DNA of 64,000 bases from Nitrospirota bacterium (GTDB lineage Bacteria > Nitrospirota > Thermodesulfovibrionia > Thermodesulfovibrionales > UBA9159): assembly GCA_963699545.1 (NCBI GenBank), contig CAVOUE010000009.1:64001-128000 (forward strand), in the 5' to 3' direction. The position numbers and the translations under genes were made by a program. Positions 40,349 through 51,417 of the stretch are shown piece after piece. Every line of letters begins with the position of its first letter. The stretch's first letter is position 1. Under the pieces are notes generated by a model. The model did not search any database and was not told the origin of the DNA. It was given only the letters and a program-made list of their open reading frames with translations.

Positions 40349-40672
40349 GTGACCCACATGAAGAGACTGCTGACCATGGTTCTCAGCATTTCGGTGCTGG
40401 CTGTCTTCATCGGCCTGGCCGCCGCGCAGCAGGCCGGAGAAAAGAAGACGGTCGACAAGGCATCGCCTAAACTGATTACCGGAAAAGTGATGAGCGTGGA
40501 CCTGAAAGCTAAAGCCTTTACCATCGTCTCAAAGGGCAAGGAGATCACGTTCAGGGCGTCGAAACTGAAGACCCTGCCGAAGACGGGTGACGTCATCGAC
40601 ATCACCTATACTGATACCGGCGGCCCGATGGAGGCGATTAACTTGAACTCGTCACGAAGTAACATCTATTAG
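40349..40672 (+). CDS. small exported OB-fold-like protein
   Basis: Signal peptide, ITGKVMSVD...KTGDVIDITY, tail INLNSSRSNIY. Confidence 0.75.
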   Translation: MTHMKRLLTMVLSISVLAVFIGLAAAQQAGEKKTVDKASPKLITGKVMSVDLKAKAFTIVSKGKEITFRASKLKTLPKTGDVIDITYTDTGGPMEAINLNSSRSNIY

Positions 40673-40747
40673 GAAAGGGGCGGAGGGGAGTTCTGTTCCG
40701 GAAGGAGAAAAAGGGACGGCTGCGATATAAACTGCACGCTTGCGTCC

Positions 40748-42620
40748 TTACAATACCAGGGCCAGCTCATAAAGGGCCGGAAACTCTTCTTTCGCCATGG
40801 CGATATCTTCCCTGAAAAGTCTTATCCCTTCCACCGCATGTTTCAGGAAATATCTTTTCCCCTTCACTGACGAGAGGAACCCGTATGCTCCAAGGGCCTG
40901 CATATGCCTCTGGAGACGGCAGGGGAGAAGGGTATCCCTGAAATCCCTCTCATCGAAGTCCCTTCCGCTCCTTTCTTTCATCCGCTCAATATAGTAATTC
41001 AACAGCCTTTCCCTCAAGCCCTCCTCAATGCGGTAATAGGGGTCCCGGAGAAGGGAGGCCATGTCATAGGCAGGAGGGCCGATCCTTGCGCCCTGGTAGT
41101 CGATGAGCCGGGGGATACCGCCCCGTGTGACCATGACGTTCTGGGACTGGAGGTCCCGGTGGATCACGGTTTTCGGAAAGGACATCACCTTCATGGCAAG
41201 TCCGTGGAATTCTCTTGCAAGCCGCGAAGCATCTTCTGCCCGTATCCGTCTGATGCGCGAGACAAAGTTTTGCATAAAATGACTGGTTTCCCATCGCAAA
41301 TGGTCATAGTCGAATATCCGCTCCGCCATGAGGGGGCATTCCGCTGCGTGCAAGGTTGCAACTGTATGGATCATAACAGCGATATCGATGACCTTCCGGT
41401 ACATGGTTTCCACCTCTTCTTCCAGCCGGAGGCACTTCAACCAGCCGTACAGGGAGACGTTTCCCAGGTCTTCAAAGCGAGCTTCTCTTTTTTCGATATC
41501 CGCCTTCAACAATTCCGGGACAGGGATGCCATACTTCCGGAAGAAGTCTGTATATGCAAGGTGACGGCGGAAATCCTCATCTCCCATGCTGAACCTCACA
41601 AGCACGGACGAAGCATTCTCCTCCCTTATCCGGTAGTACTTTCTGTCGGACCCTCCGGTGCCGATAAGCAGGATATGATCATCCCCGGACGATCCGAGTA
41701 TCTCTCCCTCCCGTAGTGGCAGTGAGAAATCGGGACCGACGATACAGTTCTCGCGGGACACATCTTCCTCCAGCGTGCTTCCGGGAAGCAGGATGCAATT
41801 CCTGATCGCAACACCTCTTTGCAGCGTGGAATTCTCCTCCACAATCGCGTAACCGTCAATCTTTGAATGACGGCACCCCCTGGCAGACGGATGGATATAG
41901 ATGGTCTCGCCTTCCGCCCTCATCCTCTCGATGACAGCGGCAGCATATGCAGAGGGAGTGCCTATGTCACTCCAGGAGCAGCCGCTCACGTCATGGGTAG
42001 CGATCCTCTTGCCGGCGGCTGCAGCGGCCATCCATGCATCCACCACGCTGGAGGCGCCCTCAGGGAGGAACCTCAGGAAAGCGTGGCCATAGACCGCTAT
42101 GCCGGTAAATGCCATCCGCTTCTTCACGCCGAATGCATGGACAAGAGAGTCTCCGACACCGACCAACAGCCCCTCAGGGTCGATCGCAACGGTGTTGAAT
42201 TTCGGGAAATCGTGAACCGCAAGGGTGGCAAGATTTCCGGATGACCTGTGGAATTCAATGAGCCTCTCCAGGTCAATGTCGGAGAGTATGTCGGAGTTGT
42301 GCACAAGGAATATGTCTTCTGAAAGGAACTTCCATGCATTTTTCAGCGCACCGCCAGTCCCAAGAAGGGTTTCTTCCGGAAAGGAAATGATCTTTGCACG
42401 AAAGATCGAGCGGTCGATCCAGTCCTGGATAACATCCGCTTTGTAATGAAGGTTTATCCCGATACGCTTCACAGGAAGAAGGGAGAACTTTTTCGAGGAC
42501 GATCTCCAGCACGGGTTTTCCCGCAATAGGGAGGAGAGGCTTGGGAATACTCAAGGTAATGGGCTTCAGCCTTTCGCCCAGGCCCGCAGCAGGGATGAAG
42601 ACGTTCATGGGCTCAGCCAT
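40748..42620 (-). CDS. fused nucleotidyltransferase (MurU-like) and phosphotransferase (AmgK-like), frameshifts near 42500
   Basis: AAGLGERLKP-T...PKPL, GTGG, NSD; GGSDRKYYR, EDLG, HRDLQSQN, IDYQGA, QALGAYG. Confidence 0.85.
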
Positions 42621-43797
42621 ACATCAGGAAGCTCTTTCTCACTGCTTTATGAAAATGGGCGCACTCTTCCTGCCACTGTGCCTCCATATGCCTCAGGTTT
42701 CTGCCCTTTTCTATTCCCCTCATCAGCCAGTCGTCGCCCGCAAGTATATCGATGGGCATCTTCTCATTCTCATATTCATAGGGGGGGGTCTTCCATTGAA
42801 AGTGATCAGGATAGAGGTCGTGGACGGTCTTGAGCACAGCAACCCCGGTCTTGAAGGGCTTAAACCGTTCCCTGCTCGTAACATGGATCTGCGCTCCTCC
42901 GCAAAGCCTGCCCGAATGCTTCTGAAAGGTCGGCTGAAATGAGAGGGGCCTGAAAGCGACCCCCGGAAGTCTGCATTCCCGGAGTCGCTTCACAAGGGAA
43001 TCGGCATCTATGAAGGGGGCGCCGAATATCTCGAAGGGTCTTGTCGTGCCGCGTCCCTCGCTGAGGAGCGTCCCTTCAAGGAGGCACATACCGGGATAAA
43101 CAGTAGCGGTCTCTATCGTCGGCATGTTGGGAGATGGCATTATCCACGGGAGATCTGTTTCGCCGAACCACATCTTTCGGTTCCAGCGCTCCATGGGGAT
43201 AACGTGGAAATCAAGAGATGGATAGAACTCATCCCTCAAATACCAGGAAATCTCCCCAACGGTCATACCGTGACGTACAGGGAGCGGCCTGTTTCCGACA
43301 AAGGATGAATAGCGCGGATTCAGCACCGTTCCTTCGGTATGAACGCCTCCCAACGGGTTCGGCCGGTCAAGCACCACAATCGCCTTGGCCTCCTCAACGC
43401 ACGCACGCATGCAGAGTTCCATGGTCCAGATGAAGGTGTAATAGCGTGCACCCACATCCTGAAGGTCAATGACCACGACGTCCGCATTCTTCAGCATCTC
43501 AGGCCTTGGTTTGCGAGTATCCCCGTATAAGCTGAACACCGGAAGTCCCGTCTTCCCGTCTGTGAAGCCGCTCCACTCCACCATGTTGTCCTGGGTCTCT
43601 CCGCGTATCCCGTGCTGAGGGCCAAAGAGGGCGGTCAGTCTGCATTTCCTTGACTTGCGCAAAAGGTCAACAGCATGCTCAAACCTTTTGTTTACAGAGG
43701 CTGGATGGACCAGGAGCCCTACCCTTGAACCCTTGAACCGCGCAGGCCATTTCTTTTCAAACAGATCGAGTCCGGTCCTTACCGACACGTAAGACAT
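42613..43797 (-). CDS. namZ: exo-beta-N-acetylmuramidase NamZ family (DUF1343)
   Basis: LFGPQHG, DLQDVGARYYT, DRPNP, PSPNMP, SEGRGTTRPF. Confidence 0.9.
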   Translation of the reverse strand: MSYVSVRTGLDLFEKKWPARFKGSRVGLLVHPASVNKRFEHAVDLLRKSRKCRLTALFGPQHGIRGETQDNMVEWSGFTDGKTGLPVFSLYGDTRKPRPEMLKNADVVVIDLQDVGARYYTFIWTMELCMRACVEEAKAIVVLDRPNPLGGVHTEGTVLNPRYSSFVGNRPLPVRHGMTVGEISWYLRDEFYPSLDFHVIPMERWNRKMWFGETDLPWIMPSPNMPTIETATVYPGMCLLEGTLLSEGRGTTRPFEIFGAPFIDADSLVKRLRECRLPGVAFRPLSFQPTFQKHSGRLCGGAQIHVTSRERFKPFKTGVAVLKTVHDLYPDHFQWKTPPYEYENEKMPIDILAGDDWLMRGIEKGRNLRHMEAQWQEECAHFHKAVRKSFLMYG

Positions 43798-43974
43798 TCT
43801 CCCTGGAATTTTCGCTACTCTAACATTTTTTCGGCGGGACTGACAAATCGCGTGGGGGGCTTATGAAAAAGTTGTCCGCTCATTTCGGCCAGACATTGAA
43901 CGCCTTTCCTCCGTGACTGAGGGTGTTCTTATGAGTCGACTCCGGTATCTTGTGAGACAAAATAGAGATACAGC

Positions 43975-44325
43975 CTACATATCTGAGAGACTGCAAGCGG
44001 GGAGGATTTTGACTCTGCAATTACCGTTCGTGTCCACAGACCTGTATTCCTTGTACGTCGGGTTATCCTTGCAATAGAGCGCAGTACAGTCCATGCCCGA
44101 GAATATCTCCGCGCTGTCTTCCGGCTTTATGGTAACGAGATGTTCGTGTATCCAGATCGTACACTGTCCGCCATCTTTCTTATACCACAAGTTGAGCATT
44201 GTCGCATTCCTGACGATAATTCCTGTTTCCCTGCACGTGTCTTCATCCGCCGCAACAAAAGAAGGCGCAAAAGCTGCCGTCGTAACAAAAAGGGCAAACA
44301 AGAAAATACCGGTTCTCATTTTCAT
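43975..44325 (-). CDS. exported Cys-rich hypothetical protein
   Basis: Signal peptide, six Cys, 9 bp after cusA. Confidence 0.7.
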   Translation of the reverse strand: MKMRTGIFLFALFVTTAAFAPSFVAADEDTCRETGIIVRNATMLNLWYKKDGGQCTIWIHEHLVTIKPEDSAEIFSGMDCTALYCKDNPTYKEYRSVDTNGNCRVKILPACSLSDM

Positions 44326-44334
44326 TGATCCTCC

Positions 44335-47300
44335 TTACAAAGAACTTTCCTGTTCTTTTCTCAACTCCCGCCCCTTCCAGATCATATAGATCGCCGGGTA
44401 GATGATAAGCTCCAGTATCGTGGAAGTGATGACGCCTCCTACCATGGGTGCTGCGATGCGCTTCATCACGTCGGCGCCGGCGCCGTGGCTGAACATGATG
44501 GGGATAAGACCGGCGAGAATGACGCTCACGGTCATGATCTTCGGCCTGATCCTCTTCACCGCTCCGTGCATGACCGCTTCCTTCAGATCGTCAACGCCTC
44601 TGAGCTTCCCCTCCTTTTTCCATTGTTCATAGGCAAGCTCAAGATAAAGGAGCATGACCACTCCTGTCTCTGCATCAAGTCCTGCAAGGGCTATGATGCC
44701 CACCCAGACAGCAATGCTCAGATTGTAGTTCAGGAGATAGAGGAGCCAAAACGATCCTACGAGGGAGAAGGGCACAGCAAGGAGAACGATGAGCGTCTTT
44801 ATGACGGATTTTGTATTGAAATAAAGAAGAACAAAGATGATGAGAGCCGTAAGAGGGATGACCAGTTTCAGCCGCTCACGGGTACTTACGAGATACTCAT
44901 ACTCACCGCTCCACTGGAGCCGGTAGCCTTCTGGAAGCTTCACCGCCGAAGCAACTTTTTTCTTCGCCTCTTCAACGTATCCGCCCACATCACGGCCCGA
45001 GAAATCGACATAGACATAATTCGCAAGGAGCCCTTCCTCACTCTTTATTGAAGTGGGGCCCTTTACGATCTCGACATCAGCGAGCAATCCGAGCGGAATG
45101 TGAGCAAGACTCACGGGTTTCTGGCCTCCCTGCATGCCGGACGCGTCCCCCGTCATGTTCACCGGAACGAAGATCCGCTTTATCCTCTCCACATCATTCC
45201 TCAACTCCCTCGCATACATGATATGGACCGAATAACGCTCTCGTCCTTCCACCGTAGTGGTGAGATTCATTCCTCCTATGGCGCCTGCCACCACCGCCTG
45301 GACATCGTCCATGGAAAGGCCATACCGCGCTATCTCAGCGCGCTTCGGTCTGATATCCAGGAAATACCCCGTAGTCACTCTCTCCGCATATGCGCTCCTC
45401 GTGCCTCTGACGTCCTTGATGACATTTTCGACATCCATCGAAATCTTCTCTATCATCTCCAGCTTGGGACCCAGCACCTTGACACCGACAGGCGTCCTGA
45501 TACCCGTGGCGAGCATATCGATCCGGTTTTTTATCGGCATCGTAAAAGAGTTCGCAACACCCGGGATCTGGAGGGCATCGTTCATCTCGTTCTTCAGTTT
45601 TTCCACATCCATGCCCGCCCGCCACTCTTTCTCCGGCTTGAGATTGATCACGGTCTCGAACATCTCCAGGGGCGCGGGGTCCGTGGCGGTCTCGGCGCGT
45701 CCTGCCTTCCCGAACACCTGGGCCACTTCAGGTATCTGTTTGAGAATTCTGTCCTGCATCTGGAGAAGCCTCGAGACTTCAGAGATCGAAGCGGCGGGAA
45801 CGGTCACCGGCATGTACAACAGTGACCCCTCATAGAGGGGCGGCATGAATTCAGAGCCCAGCTTCATGTAAGGGATAAGAGTCAACCCCATGATAATAAG
45901 CGCGACAAGGATCACTGTGGTCTTGAAGCGGAGGGCAAACCTCGCGACGGGTTCGTAGAGTCTATGGAGGATGCGGCTCACAGGGTTCTGCTCCTCGGTC
46001 CGGATATTCCCCCTGATAAAAAGGGTCATGAGCACAGGGGTAAGGGTGACGGCGAGGAAGGACGAAAAGAGCATCGCAAAGGTCTTTGTGTAGGCAAGGG
46101 GCTTAAAGAGCCTTCCCGCCTGTGCCTGGAGAGTGAAAACCGGGAAAAATCCTACGGTAATGACAAGGAGGGAGAAGAAAAGCGACGGCCCGACCTCTTT
46201 CGCCGCATCGATGAGCACATCGAACCTTGTGCACTCTTCTCTCTTCCTGCTGTCGCAATACCATTCCTCGAGCTTCTTATGCGCGTTCTCGACCATGATA
46301 ATGGATGCATCCACCATGGCTCCTATGGCGATGGCAATTCCCCCAAGGCTCATGATGTTCGAGGTAACCCCAAGGTAATACATACAGATGAACGAGATGA
46401 TGATCGCAACGGGCAGGGTCAATATCACCACAAGGGCGCTGGGGAGATGAAAGAGAAACACAATACAGACCACGCTCACCGCAATCGAAAGCTTTATGAT
46501 CTCTTCCTTGAGGGTCTGTATGGACCGGTGGATAAGGTCAGACCGGTCATAGGTCGTGACGATCTTTACGCCTTCGGGCAGCGAGGGCTGGATATCCTTC
46601 CTGATCTTTTCCTTCACCCGCTCGATGACGGTGAGGACATTTTCACCGAAGCGGACTACAACAATCCCGCCTGCCACCTCTCCCTTTCCGTCAAGGTCCG
46701 CAAGCCCCCTCCGTATCTCGGGGCCGAGTTGGACGCGGGCCACGTCACGGAGCAATATGGGGGTACCATAGCCGTTGGTGCCCACCGCAATATTCTCGAT
46801 GTCCTCAATGCTCCTGATATAGCCTCTTCCCCTCACCATATACTCAACGCCGGAGAGTTCAAGCACTCTCCCCTCCACGTCGTTATTGCTCTTACGGACC
46901 GCCTCCATCACCTTCATCAGCGAGACGTTGTAGGCGGAAAGACGGTTCGGGTCGATTGATATCTGATACTGCTTCACAAAGCCACCCACGCTGGCCACCT
47001 GGGCCACGCCTTGCACGCTTTCCAGTGCAAGTTTGATGTTCCAGTCCTGCAGGGAACGAAGCTGGGAAAGATCACGGCCGCTCTTCTCATCGACAACCGC
47101 ATAATTGAACCCCCACCCCACACTGGTGGCATCAGGGCCAAGCACGGGGTTCACATCGGCCGGAAGCTTACCCTTCACTGACTGCATGTACTCAAGGACA
47201 CGACTCCTCGCCCAGTAGATGTTCGTTCCTTCCTCGAAGATCACATAGATGAATGAACTCCCGAGGAAGGAAAAACCGCGCACCGCCTGCACCTTTGGAG

Positions 47301-47526
47301 CTGCAAGGAGGGTCGAGGTTATGGGATAGGTTACCTGGTCCTCCACAAGGTCGGGACTCCGGCCCGCCCAGTCCGTGTAGATGATCACCTGCGTATCGCT
47401 CAGGTCGGGAATGGCGTCAAGGGGCGTCTTTGTGAGGGCCCATACTCCCCATACACAGAGGAACGTCACCATTAGGAAGATGACGAACTTGTTCCGTGCA
47501 CTGTATTCGATAATTTTGGAAATCAT
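44335..47526 (-). CDS. cusA: CusA-type heavy-metal RND permease
   Basis: LDAIPDLSDTQV, GAMVDASIIMVEN, EFMPPL, DPAPLEM, RIDML. Confidence 0.97.
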   Translation of the reverse strand: MISKIIEYSARNKFVIFLMVTFLCVWGVWALTKTPLDAIPDLSDTQVIIYTDWAGRSPDLVEDQVTYPITSTLLAAPKVQAVRGFSFLGSSFIYVIFEEGTNIYWARSRVLEYMQSVKGKLPADVNPVLGPDATSVGWGFNYAVVDEKSGRDLSQLRSLQDWNIKLALESVQGVAQVASVGGFVKQYQISIDPNRLSAYNVSLMKVMEAVRKSNNDVEGRVLELSGVEYMVRGRGYIRSIEDIENIAVGTNGYGTPILLRDVARVQLGPEIRRGLADLDGKGEVAGGIVVVRFGENVLTVIERVKEKIRKDIQPSLPEGVKIVTTYDRSDLIHRSIQTLKEEIIKLSIAVSVVCIVFLFHLPSALVVILTLPVAIIISFICMYYLGVTSNIMSLGGIAIAIGAMVDASIIMVENAHKKLEEWYCDSRKREECTRFDVLIDAAKEVGPSLFFSLLVITVGFFPVFTLQAQAGRLFKPLAYTKTFAMLFSSFLAVTLTPVLMTLFIRGNIRTEEQNPVSRILHRLYEPVARFALRFKTTVILVALIIMGLTLIPYMKLGSEFMPPLYEGSLLYMPVTVPAASISEVSRLLQMQDRILKQIPEVAQVFGKAGRAETATDPAPLEMFETVINLKPEKEWRAGMDVEKLKNEMNDALQIPGVANSFTMPIKNRIDMLATGIRTPVGVKVLGPKLEMIEKISMDVENVIKDVRGTRSAYAERVTTGYFLDIRPKRAEIARYGLSMDDVQAVVAGAIGGMNLTTTVEGRERYSVHIMYARELRNDVERIKRIFVPVNMTGDASGMQGGQKPVSLAHIPLGLLADVEIVKGPTSIKSEEGLLANYVYVDFSGRDVGGYVEEAKKKVASAVKLPEGYRLQWSGEYEYLVSTRERLKLVIPLTALIIFVLLYFNTKSVIKTLIVLLAVPFSLVGSFWLLYLLNYNLSIAVWVGIIALAGLDAETGVVMLLYLELAYEQWKKEGKLRGVDDLKEAVMHGAVKRIRPKIMTVSVILAGLIPIMFSHGAGADVMKRIAAPMVGGVITSTILELIIYPAIYMIWKGRELRKEQESSL

Positions 47527-47568
47527 TTGTCAGTTGTCAGCTGCGAGCAAGGAGCTGTGAGCTTGCGC

Positions 47569-48804
47569 TCAATGTTTATGCCCGCCCAAAGGCTTAACCC
47601 CTTTCAACTGGGCCTCGGAATCAATGAGGAATGTGGCTGATGATGCGACTTTCTCCCCTGCCTTTAACCCCATGAGCACCTCCCTGAACCCTTCGGCCCT
47701 CACCCCGAGCATGACCTCTCTCGGTTCAAAATTCCCTTCTCCCTTGTCAACATAAACGATCTGTCGTGTCCCTGTGTCGATGACCGCGTCATCCGGAATC
47801 GCCAGTTTCTTGCCGAGATTGATCTTTACCTCCACATTGGTGAACATCTGGGGTTTAAGCTGCCCCCCAGGATTCGGGATAGAGAACCGCACTTTCGCGG
47901 TGCGTGTGTCGCCTGAAAGAGTAGGATAGACATAATCGACCCTTGCAGAGAACTCCTTGCCGGGGAAATAACTGAGGGCGATCGTCGCCGTCTCTCCCAC
48001 TCTGACCAAGGGCAATTCATATTCGTAAACATCGGAGATGATCCATACCGTCGAGAGGTCGGCGATATCAAAGAGCTTCTCTCCAGGCATGACCCGCATG
48101 CCCTGCAGAGCCATTTTCTGGACCACATACCCGGTCACCGGGCTATAGAGAGTGAGTGTTCTTATGGGTTTTCCCGATTCTTCAATCTTTCTGACCTGGT
48201 CGTCGGAGATGTCCCAGAGCCTTAACCGCTGTTTCGCTGCCTCCACTATTGAATCCGCGTCCTTTGTGAGCATCCCGCCGATATTTTCATTCTTGATATC
48301 CTTTCCCAGTTTTGCCCACCTGAGAACACTTATGAATTCCTGTTGCGTGGCCACAAGCTCGGGGCTGTAAACCTCTGCGAGGGGCTCGCCCTTCTTCACG
48401 TATTTCCCTGTATAGTCGACATGGAGCTTCTCGATCCAGCCTTCAAACTTGGTGTTTATGGTGGCAAGTCTTCTCTCATCATATTCGACGCGGCCCACGG
48501 TCCTGATCACCTTCTCCAGTGGTCTAACCGAAACCACTACGGTCTTCACACCGATGAGCTGCTGTTTCTCGAGCGGGATCTCGATGGTCGGAGCCTCTGC
48601 CGCTGGTTCTGGCTTTGCCGCCTCTTTGGGTTGTTCACTCCCTTTTGCATGACCCTGGTGCTCAGGAGAGGGTCCGGCCTTTTCTGAAACTGCAGGGACA
48701 GGTGTCTCAACCTTCTTCTGCCCGAAGCCTACCTTTGAAGCATAGACGGCCAGTCCTGCGATGACGATAAGCCCCAGAATGACGAACAGACGGTTCCTTT
48801 TCAT
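47569..48804 (-). CDS. cusB: CusB-type periplasmic adaptor
   Basis: GWIEKL, YSPEL, LKPQMF, FLIDSE. Confidence 0.93.
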   Translation of the reverse strand: MKRNRLFVILGLIVIAGLAVYASKVGFGQKKVETPVPAVSEKAGPSPEHQGHAKGSEQPKEAAKPEPAAEAPTIEIPLEKQQLIGVKTVVVSVRPLEKVIRTVGRVEYDERRLATINTKFEGWIEKLHVDYTGKYVKKGEPLAEVYSPELVATQQEFISVLRWAKLGKDIKNENIGGMLTKDADSIVEAAKQRLRLWDISDDQVRKIEESGKPIRTLTLYSPVTGYVVQKMALQGMRVMPGEKLFDIADLSTVWIISDVYEYELPLVRVGETATIALSYFPGKEFSARVDYVYPTLSGDTRTAKVRFSIPNPGGQLKPQMFTNVEVKINLGKKLAIPDDAVIDTGTRQIVYVDKGEGNFEPREVMLGVRAEGFREVLMGLKAGEKVASSATFLIDSEAQLKGVKPLGGHKH

Positions 48805-50090
48805 TTTTCTTTTTCCCCCGCACCAGTTATGGTCTCAAGTTTTGCGATCGCCTTTTCCCGCTCGGCGAACTGCCCCCAGTACAGGGTCTCGTAATCGAGG
48901 AGGACCTTGAGCCTGCTGATGACCGTCAACGCCTCGACCTTCCCTGTCCTGTAGCCTGCGAGCGCCGACTCAAAATCCTGGTAAGCCTTGGGCACAAGGC
49001 CGTCCCGGTAAAGTTCCATCAGTCTCTCTGTCGTCCTTGCCATCGCGTAATTGTCCCTGATCGTTGATGCGAGCATCGTCTTTGTCGCCAAGAGTTCATG
49101 TTCGGCCCCTCCAAGGTTCGCCTTTGCCTCGAGCACAGCCTGCCTCTGTTTTGTCCTGTAGAAGATAGGGACGTTGATCGCCGTAGTAAGGCTCCACATA
49201 TCCATGAACTCCCCTCCCCGTTTAAAATAGCCTGCATTGATCGTAAAGTCAGGATAGTATTCCCGCTCGGCCATCCTGACCTTCGCTTCTGCAGCTGCAA
49301 CCATTTTCTCCTTCTCTTTAACGAAGGGACTGTTGTCGACGTGCGCAGCAATCAGTTCCTGCACCTTTTCTGCGAGAACAGTCGCTGTTCGCTCCTCAGG
49401 TCTGCCGAGCGGCGCGTTAATATCCCTGCCGAGGGTTGCGTTGAGCATCGCCTCAGCGGACTGGATCTTCTGCTTCAGCATCTCCTCACGCTCAAGGAGC
49501 ATATATTTTTCGGTCTGGGCCATAAGCACTTCCTGCTGCACTCCCATTCCGGAAGAATACCGGGCCATCGCAGCGTCTTCTATGCGGGAGAAGAGGACTG
49601 CCCGGTCCTTTACGAGATCAATGCTTTTGTACGTGAAGAAGAGGTCATAGAAGATCTCCTTCACCCTTTCCACGGTCTTGAGCTGCGACCCCTTGAGGGA
49701 CGCCTTGAGGCTTTCCGATTCCCTTTCCGCCATCTCGCCCTTCAGTGCAAGCTTCCCGGGAAACGGAACCGTCTGGGAGGCCGAGAACATCCACTGGGCT
49801 CCCTGCTCCTTGCCGAGCGTGTACTGTTGAAATCCCTCATTCTGGTAGCCGAACATGAACATGGGGTCGGGAAGGCTCTTTGCCTGAGGGATCCGGTATC
49901 CTGCGGCTTCGAGGCGGTATCCGGCAATGTGGACTTCGTGGTTATTTCCGAGCGCCTCATCGATCAGGTCCTGAAGCTTCAGCTCTTCTGCAAAAACAGA
50001 GGAAGAAAAAAGCAAACAGTACGCGCCAAGCAGCAAAGTAACTCGTACTGCATAGCGCCTACTGCCTCCAGAACCGGCTAACTTGTTCAT
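48801..50090 (-). CDS. TolC/CusC-family outer membrane factor
   Basis: LPDPM, QTVPFPGKL, YYPDF. Confidence 0.92.
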   Translation of the reverse strand: MNKLAGSGGSRRYAVRVTLLLGAYCLLFSSSVFAEELKLQDLIDEALGNNHEVHIAGYRLEAAGYRIPQAKSLPDPMFMFGYQNEGFQQYTLGKEQGAQWMFSASQTVPFPGKLALKGEMAERESESLKASLKGSQLKTVERVKEIFYDLFFTYKSIDLVKDRAVLFSRIEDAAMARYSSGMGVQQEVLMAQTEKYMLLEREEMLKQKIQSAEAMLNATLGRDINAPLGRPEERTATVLAEKVQELIAAHVDNSPFVKEKEKMVAAAEAKVRMAEREYYPDFTINAGYFKRGGEFMDMWSLTTAINVPIFYRTKQRQAVLEAKANLGGAEHELLATKTMLASTIRDNYAMARTTERLMELYRDGLVPKAYQDFESALAGYRTGKVEALTVISRLKVLLDYETLYWGQFAEREKAIAKLETITGAGEKEK

Positions 50091-50480
50091 TTACTTGGCG
50101 TCTACGGTGAACTTCATCGTGGAAGTCTTGCCCGCCCTGGTTATCTTCACCGCTATATTCCACGATCCTGACATGGAGAGGTTCATTTTTGCCTTGTACT
50201 CATCGCCTTTCAACTCAGCATCAGTCTTATAGTTCATGGCTGGCATTCCGGGCATTGCGGGCATGGAATATTCAACGACCACCTTCGCATCTCTTGCGTG
50301 ATGACCTGACCCGTCGGTAATCTCGATACTGACATTGTTATCACCGACAACAGGCGGATTCTTGTCGATCTTTACCGCCACGTTGTATTCTCCCGCCTTT
50401 TTCGTTACCTCATAATCCTTCGCGTACGCGATGCCTGCCACAAAGAGCAGAACGAGAACAGCTACCATGATTTTTTTCAT
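50091..50480 (-). CDS. YtkA/FixH-like Met-rich periplasmic protein
   Basis: Signal peptide, YSMPAMPGMPAM, LSMSGSW. Confidence 0.85.
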   Translation of the reverse strand: MKKIMVAVLVLLFVAGIAYAKDYEVTKKAGEYNVAVKIDKNPPVVGDNNVSIEITDGSGHHARDAKVVVEYSMPAMPGMPAMNYKTDAELKGDEYKAKMNLSMSGSWNIAVKITRAGKTSTMKFTVDAK

Positions 50481-50787
50481 TGTACATCCTCCTTATTATT
50501 ATATCCGTCAACGCTTATATTCTTTTTCGACCATCTCCCGGATTTTATTTACGGGATGGCCCTTTTGGTAAAGCTCGAAGGCCCGAACGGCCTCCCCCAG
50601 ACAAATATCCCACATCGCTCCACGCTTGTCAATCTGTCACCTCCTCGCTGTATACACCTCCCTTCAGGGACCGACCTGCATCTACCATATCAGAGGAGTT
50701 TGAATAAAATATGAAGATATCTTCTTTATCTCACTTTACGCTTTTCTGAAAATCTGCTAATATCTTCCATATTAGGAGGGAGGCATC

Positions 50788-51367
50788 ATGATACTGATCG
50801 CTGGCATGCTGGCAATACTGGCGGGGTTCATCATAGTGATGATCCTTTTCGTCATCGTCATTTACAACAGGCTCATCAGGCTCAGGAACACTGTCCGGTC
50901 CTCATGGTCGGACATTGATGTCCAGCTCAAGAAACGATATGACCTCGTGCCGAATCTTGTGGAGAACCGTAAAGGGATATGCCGCCCATGAACGGGCGGT
51001 GTTTGAAAAGGTGTCCGAAGCGCGCTCCATGGCCATGCAGGCATCGTCCCCTGCTGAAAAAGCCAAAGCCGAGAACATGTTCAGGGACACATTGAAAAGC
51101 CTCTTCGCTGTTGCAGAGGCATATCCCGAACTGAAGGCAAATGCCAATTTCATGCAGTTGCAGGCCCAGTTGAAGGAACTGGAGGACAACATCGGATACG
51201 CCAGGAGATATTACAATGCTGTCGTCCGGGACTTCAACATACTCATAGAGTCATTTCCTTCCAATATCATTGCATCGCAGTTCAGGTTCCAGAAGGAAGA
51301 GTTCTTCGAGCTGGAAGCGCCGGACGTTGAACGCAAACCTGTTAGGGTGAGCTTCTCGCAGCCCTGA
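50788..51367 (+). CDS. lemA: LemA family protein, frameshift near 50965
   Basis: YNRL...WSDIDVQLKKRYDLVPNL, EAYPELKAN, ARRYYN, FPSN. Confidence 0.92.
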
Positions 51368-51417
51368 CCGGATGGTCCGGCACAGAGGCCGCACATGGGA
51401 GCGTATCACACAGCAAA

